Shown here: one piece after another, positions 57,747-64,000 of the stretch
How the letters are laid out: each line of letters begins with the position of its first letter
How positions within the stretch are numbered: the stretch's first letter is position 1
NCBI RefSeq assembly: GCF_009914755.1
Contig: NC_060928.1
Origin: the human T2T-CHM13v2.0 reference genome, Homo sapiens
Reading direction: 5' to 3' (one strand)
Length of the DNA: 64,000 nt
Notes under the pieces: generated by a model
Seen by the model: the letters and a program-made list of their open reading frames with translations, nothing else
Databases searched by the model: none
Told to the model about the DNA's origin: nothing
Program-made: the position numbers and the translations under genes

Positions 57747-59759
57747 CCTCCCACTCTTAGCAGGCTCTTACTTGTGTGAGTTTCTGCTAAGTTATCCAGT
57801 TCCTATCCCTAAGGGTATGTTCAAGCCCTGAAGCCTAACTAGTTTCTTCTTGAAGCAAAAATTTGCATGTTGTTAACTCTCAACTACTTATGGTTACAGG
57901 TCTCAGGAACAGGTGGATCTTGTTGCTGAACCACAAACTAGATTCTGCCTATGAAATTTACCTGCTCTACCACATCTATTAGCAAGTGATAGAGCTAATC
58001 AGGATGTGTTGCCTTTGCTTGCTCTATCGCACATTCCCTGACAAAGATATCAATGACAATGGAAAGGGATAACCTGGAGGAGGGAATAAGAAGACAGTAG
58101 GGTCCGACAAGTGAACAGCAATTCTTTGGACCCACAGGGACTGTCAGTAATCTCACCAGGCACTTTTAGGGTATATCTCCAGGCTCAGAGCCCTTGCAGT
58201 GATGTTTTATACACATTTGGCCTTCCTGCCATGTTTGACAAAAATCCCTAAGGCTAAAGTGCATTGAAACATAGGAATATATTGGTGTGTCCCTTTCTGC
58301 AGTCTTCCCAGACTTTGGAAAGATGAATATGACTGTCACTAAGTGGAGACTCTGCAATCCCCACGCAGAGTTGGCATGGGGGCACTGGTGATGAGCAAAA
58401 GGATAGGGATCTTCAAGTGACTTTTTAAGCACACAAAGAGAGTAGGTGGTTCTTCATAGGCAAAGGAGACAAATTGCCGGAAGCCAAAAGGTAGACAGTT
58501 GCAGTAATCTGTGTGCTTTCTCAGAAATGAAATACAGAGATCCTACCCTTCCATTTCGTCAAGTAAAAGTGAGGCTTGTGAGAATCTGTCATCCTTTGCT
58601 TGGAAACTCTATGCTGAAGCATGTGCCATGTTTACTCTCAGTAAACTGCATCCTAGGCCTATAGAGAAGAGAGCAACCAACTATTAAATGGTTAGAAAGA
58701 GAAAAAACATGAGAAAGTTATCTTCAGCATTCCCTCATTTATGAAGCTATTGAAATAGCACATCCTGGAATATGCAGACTAAATTTTCCATCCTGGTTTC
58801 ATAACACTTTACAGTCTCTCCATTTATCTCATGAGATATTAAGGAACTCACAAAACTGATTTACAATTAATTTTATTTCAAATGAATATATAGCATATCA
58901 CATTTGATGAATCAGAAAGAGGAAATTTGAAAGACAGTAAAAATAGTATGTTGTGAACTTAAAAAGAAGTTGAAAATCCTGTCTCTATAGATAGTTCTGG
59001 CAAAATAAATGCATATAGAGCAAAAGAGTGAGTACATCAGTGTCCTTTTGGAAAGTCGGTGACACTCAGAATGCTTTGGGGGCTTAACCTTGATTCATAT
59101 GGAATTTGAAAAGCCCATGTCTCACCTCAGGATTCAGTTTGATTCAGCCTTTACTATGTCCCTCACACTGAGCTAGGCACTAGTGATTCAAAGAGAAATG
59201 GCACCCACCTGCCCAAGGAAGAGTCTAGAAGATGGCATTTTTGCTATCCTACCAGCAAAAAGAAACAAGGGACCAAGTCAGTTTAGCAAACACTATTGTG
59301 AGCTGACTGTAAGGCTCTATGCAAAGCCCTGATAAACCCCCAAATAATGCCAAGCAGCAAATGACTTTTTAAAGCCATATTACATATTGACTTTGTAATG
59401 CATAATGGGCATCTGGGCACAGAAGATTTACTTCCCTAATTATGTGTTACTTATGCTAATATTAAAATTAGCCTGTATTCCCTAATCACCTTCAGAGGAA
59501 GAAGTGGCTTTAGAAGCATGCTGGGCAACAGATTAAAAAGGATTGAAAATACCTAAGTGTGAAAAATTTTATAATAAAAGTTAACACCCATGAGCTTTTA
59601 AAGATAAAACATGGCTTCTCTTTCCACTCACTATTCTTTCTTCTTCATATCTTTTTTCTTCTTTTTTTGTGAAATTATATGTGACTCCTTAAAAGTATGA
59701 AAAACGTTTGCTGCAATCTTTATAAAACCGTGGATTATGGAAGGAGCCCCCACTAAGGG

Positions 59760-59960
59760 TTTAGATATTGTACTAAGTATGTTACGTAAATTATCTCTTT
59801 TAATCTTCCCTAGAGCTGTGTGAAAAAGAGATTGTTATCATAAGTTTAGAGATGAGGAAACTGAAGCTCAAAAAGTATTTACATAACCTATAAAAGATCA
59901 AACCAGAATTTAAATATTAGTCCATCAACTTTAAGACTTATGCCTTTCTACTATCCAATG
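59760..59960 (-). mobile_element. MIR
   Basis: tttagagatgaggaaactgaagctcaaa core. Confidence 0.7.
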
Positions 59961-59989
59961 CACTCTAACCTTTAATATCCCACTGTACC

Positions 59990-60650
59990 AGTAGCCAATA
60001 GAGAAATGGGCAAAGGAGAGAAATCCACCGTTCACAGGAAAGGAAATACAAATGGCCCTTAAACATATTTTGTAGATGTTCAAATGGGCTCATAGGAAAT
60101 GCAAAATAAAACTTCATCTGTCAAAATAGCCGAGAGAAAAACCATTTGGCATCACGCTGTGTTGGCAAGGGTGTGGGGAAAAAGCCTTGCTCATTCGTTG
60201 CTGGTGAGAGTAAAAGATTGACGCAACTGCGTTAGAGGGAAATTTGCCAATTCCTATCAAAATTACCCTTCTATAATTTTATCCTTCAAGTATATATTTG
60301 CACTTGTGAGATATGACGTGTGCACAAGATTATTCATTGCAATGTGGTTTATAACAGGAAAGGATTGAAACAACCTGATGTTCATTAACAGGCTTACAAA
60401 TTATGTTCATCTATACAAAGAATTGTATGCAACCATTACAAAATGAGAATTATTGTTAATGTAATTTGTTAAGTGAAAAAATGAAGGTGCAGAACAGCAA
60501 GTGCTATGTGTTCCCATTTGTGTAAAGGGAAAAGTATGCACAAGTCTTTGTATGTAACTAGACTATATCTGGGTAGGCTGGGGTGGAAGGGAGACATTGC
60601 TTCACACCCTGTGGATCTTTTGAATTTTGAACCATGTAATGTATAACCCC
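59990..60650 (+). mobile_element. Old L1ME 3' region
   Basis: aaatgggcaaagg, tgttggcaagggtgtgggg, ttgctggtgagagtaaa, gattattcattgca motifs. Confidence 0.7.
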
Positions 60651-60789
<139 letters not shown>

Positions 60790-62835
60790 TAGCCAATTTT
60801 TAAAAAGTAAAGCTTAAAAATTAAAATGAATGCCAATTACTTCCCTTTGATTTGAGAACACCATATTTAGCTACTGAATAATAGAAGGAGGACAATGATA
60901 CTCTATTGAGTTGAACCTGAAAGTTGTGCAAATTTTTATGAAATCACCACCAGTTAGCTTTTTCTTTGGACTTTCATGTCTTTGGAACTACTTCTTCCCT
61001 AAATTGTTGTTAAGGCTATAAATTGAGCTCTTTACTTCCTTCTTATAACAATGTAACAACAAGAAGGATAATATATAGGAGGTCGGCTACTTGCAAAGCT
61101 CTGAGGTTAGAGCTGTGGCTGTATTGTCTCATTTAATCCTCACTATATCCTTAAACGGTGGAAATACCAGCCCCACTTTAAAGGTGAGAAAACAGAGACT
61201 TAGACAAGTTAGCATTTTCCATTTTAATTGGTTTCCAGGCAGTATGAAGCAACTTTTTTCTAATGCGTATGTCTTTGAGAGGAAAGAGAAGTTTTTTTAA
61301 AACGGTCTTTAAAAGCCCACCATGCCATGCAGAAAAAAAAAAAAAAAAAAAGATGCTGACACAAAATTTATTCCACAGAGATTATTCTAAAGGACTCTTC
61401 TCACATTCAAGTGCTACTCAGAAAAATAGTCCATGAGTTATATAAGAGATTCTAATATTTTAAAGGAAAAAAAATCCCATAAAAGTTGAGCTGCCAGGCT
61501 CCTTTGCCCGTTCAATTTCTCAAGTCTGATGTGTTCAAAGCAAATTCTCTTCTTTTACAACAAAGAGTACTCAATTCTTTTCTTATTGCATTATGATAAA
61601 GATCATATAGTACATCCCCTTAGCACTCTTTGCACCAGCCTCAAGCATTTTCTCACAAGTTCTCGAGTCGAGGGTAAAAGCCTGCCATACTAATAGGTAT
61701 ACCAAAAGCTTTCCACTAAAAAATATACTTGATATGTAGTACTGAAGTAAGGACAACAAAATCAATCATTCAGCCCTGGGTTTTATTCCCCTGTCACTGC
61801 TTAGGAGGCTTGAATTTAAGTTATAGTGCTTGCAAGAAGTGCGTACAAAACTGACCTTCAATTCCCCATTGTCCCAGCTGATATCTTCATCGCCAGGGTT
61901 CTCCAATTTCCTCTCTCTTAGCCATTAAGAAGTGCATCAGACCTCACTATGGAGCTCCCAAGAGAAGTGCTAGTATGTTCTAGTTCAAAAACTAAGGAGA
62001 TTGAAAATAGTTTTCCCATCAAATTGCCATTTTGGTCTTAAAAGGTTTTCATTGTGTTATGAGGTTTGCGCTAGAATTCAGACATCTTGATAATGAAAAC
62101 TCTGTGTTGATATTGGTGAACCGAAGTGACTAAACTGCTACTCCCAGGGCAGAATTTGGTGTGCAAAGCACACGACAAAGACAATATAAAAATTATTTTA
62201 TTTCTTTTTTGGGTTTTGGTTGACATGGATTTTGTTTATTGCCTCCACATAATTCTATCCAATGGGACATATTATAATCATCACCTATTTATGGCAAGGC
62301 ATTGTTCTAGGCACGGAGGATACAAGCAAATGCAAAACCAAGTCCCTGCACTCAGGACTTTGATATTCTATGAATATTCTACAAGATTCTGCAGAGGTTA
62401 TACCAGTTATTACATATAACATCTCAGGTAGGTGCTATGTGACATGAGAACAATGAAACCAAATAAGGGGGTAGAAACTAGCAAAGGGTGCATTTCAGTT
62501 AGAGTGGCCAGGAGGAGGAGGTGCCACTTTCACAGAGATCTGAGAGAAGCCTGTGGTTATCCAGAGAAAGAGACTCCAGTGCACAGGGAACACCAAACTC
62601 AAGGCCCTGAGACAGGAGTGGGTTTGGCAGAAATAGCAGAGGCCTGTGTAGAAGGATAAAGGGAGCAAAGGGGTGAATGGAAGGAGATGGGGTCAGAAAA
62701 AATAGCCGAGATCCCTAATGAGCTCTGCAGGTCAAAATAAAAACTTTGGACATTGGGAAGCCATGAAAAGGTTTTGAGCAGATGAGTAACATAATCTGAT
62801 TTAGATTTTTGAATTTTTAAAATTTATTTTTTTTA

Positions 62836-63445
<610 letters not shown>

Positions 63446-63549
63446 TGATTTACATTTTTAAATGACATCTTGGAATCTATAATTATCTCAAAATAAAAGT
63501 TTTTTAAAAGATATCTCTGGCTACTGAGTGGAGAGATGACTGTAGGGGT

Positions 63550-63900
63550 TATGGTAGATAGACTCTCAGATGGCCACAGTGATCCCCACCTTCCGGTGCT
63601 CCTACCCTTTAGCATGAGTACACACTCGATTTGTTAACTCACTAATGAGGAATTGAATATGACAGAAGCAATAGGATGTCACTTCTGAGATTAGACTAAA
63701 AAAAGACTGTGGCTTCCATCTTGAACATCGTCTCCCATATTCTCTCCATCCCCCACCCCCTTCCCTGCCATCTTGCTCATTCTGGGTGAAGGCAGTTGCC
63801 ACATTGTGAGCTGCCCTGAGGTCTACACGATAAGAAGCTGAAGCCTGTGACAGCACATGAGTGGTCCTGGAAGTAGACCCCCCAACCCTAGTCAGAAGTC
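63550..63900 (+). mobile_element. MLT1 (F-like) LTR
   Basis: gatggccacagtgatcccc, ggatgtcacttctgagattag, agactgtggcttccatcttg motifs. Confidence 0.75.
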
Positions 63901-64000
63901 TGAGGAAAAGACCTAGCCTGAGCCTAGTCCAGGACTATGTGACAGAGATTAAGCTGATTCCAGAAGGCCAGGAAAGTGGAGGTGACAATGGTAAAGACCA

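Overview
Primate nuclear DNA (human or great ape, judged from AluY, L1PA2/3, THE1 and HSMAR2 content), about 60% transposon-derived, with no intact protein-coding gene, CpG island or tRNA/rRNA that I can recognise. The one gene-derived feature is a processed BTF3 pseudogene (3573-4458) with poly(A), target-site duplication (TSD) and two frameshifts. The rest is about 25 Alus/monomers, L1s of many ages, L2, MIR, LTRs (MST, THE1, MLT1, MLT2, MER50, LTR8) and DNA transposons (near full-length HSMAR2, MER2, Charlie, MER81). Subfamily names come from recalled consensus motifs and many repeat boundaries are approximate. I did not find a new gene system. The most unusual signal is structural: three short stretches copied in the same orientation from 1.2-2 kb away lie within 18 kb (22535/24516, 34376/35922, 38850/40022). 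One replaces the poly(A) end of a 5'-inverted, TSD-less young L1 and another has a fold-back tandem repeat at its junction, consistent with repeated templated-insertion repair. Also noted: a TSD-flanked composite insertion (candidate L1 3' transduction, 2530-3096) and weak splice-signal evidence for a minus-strand non-coding transcript.
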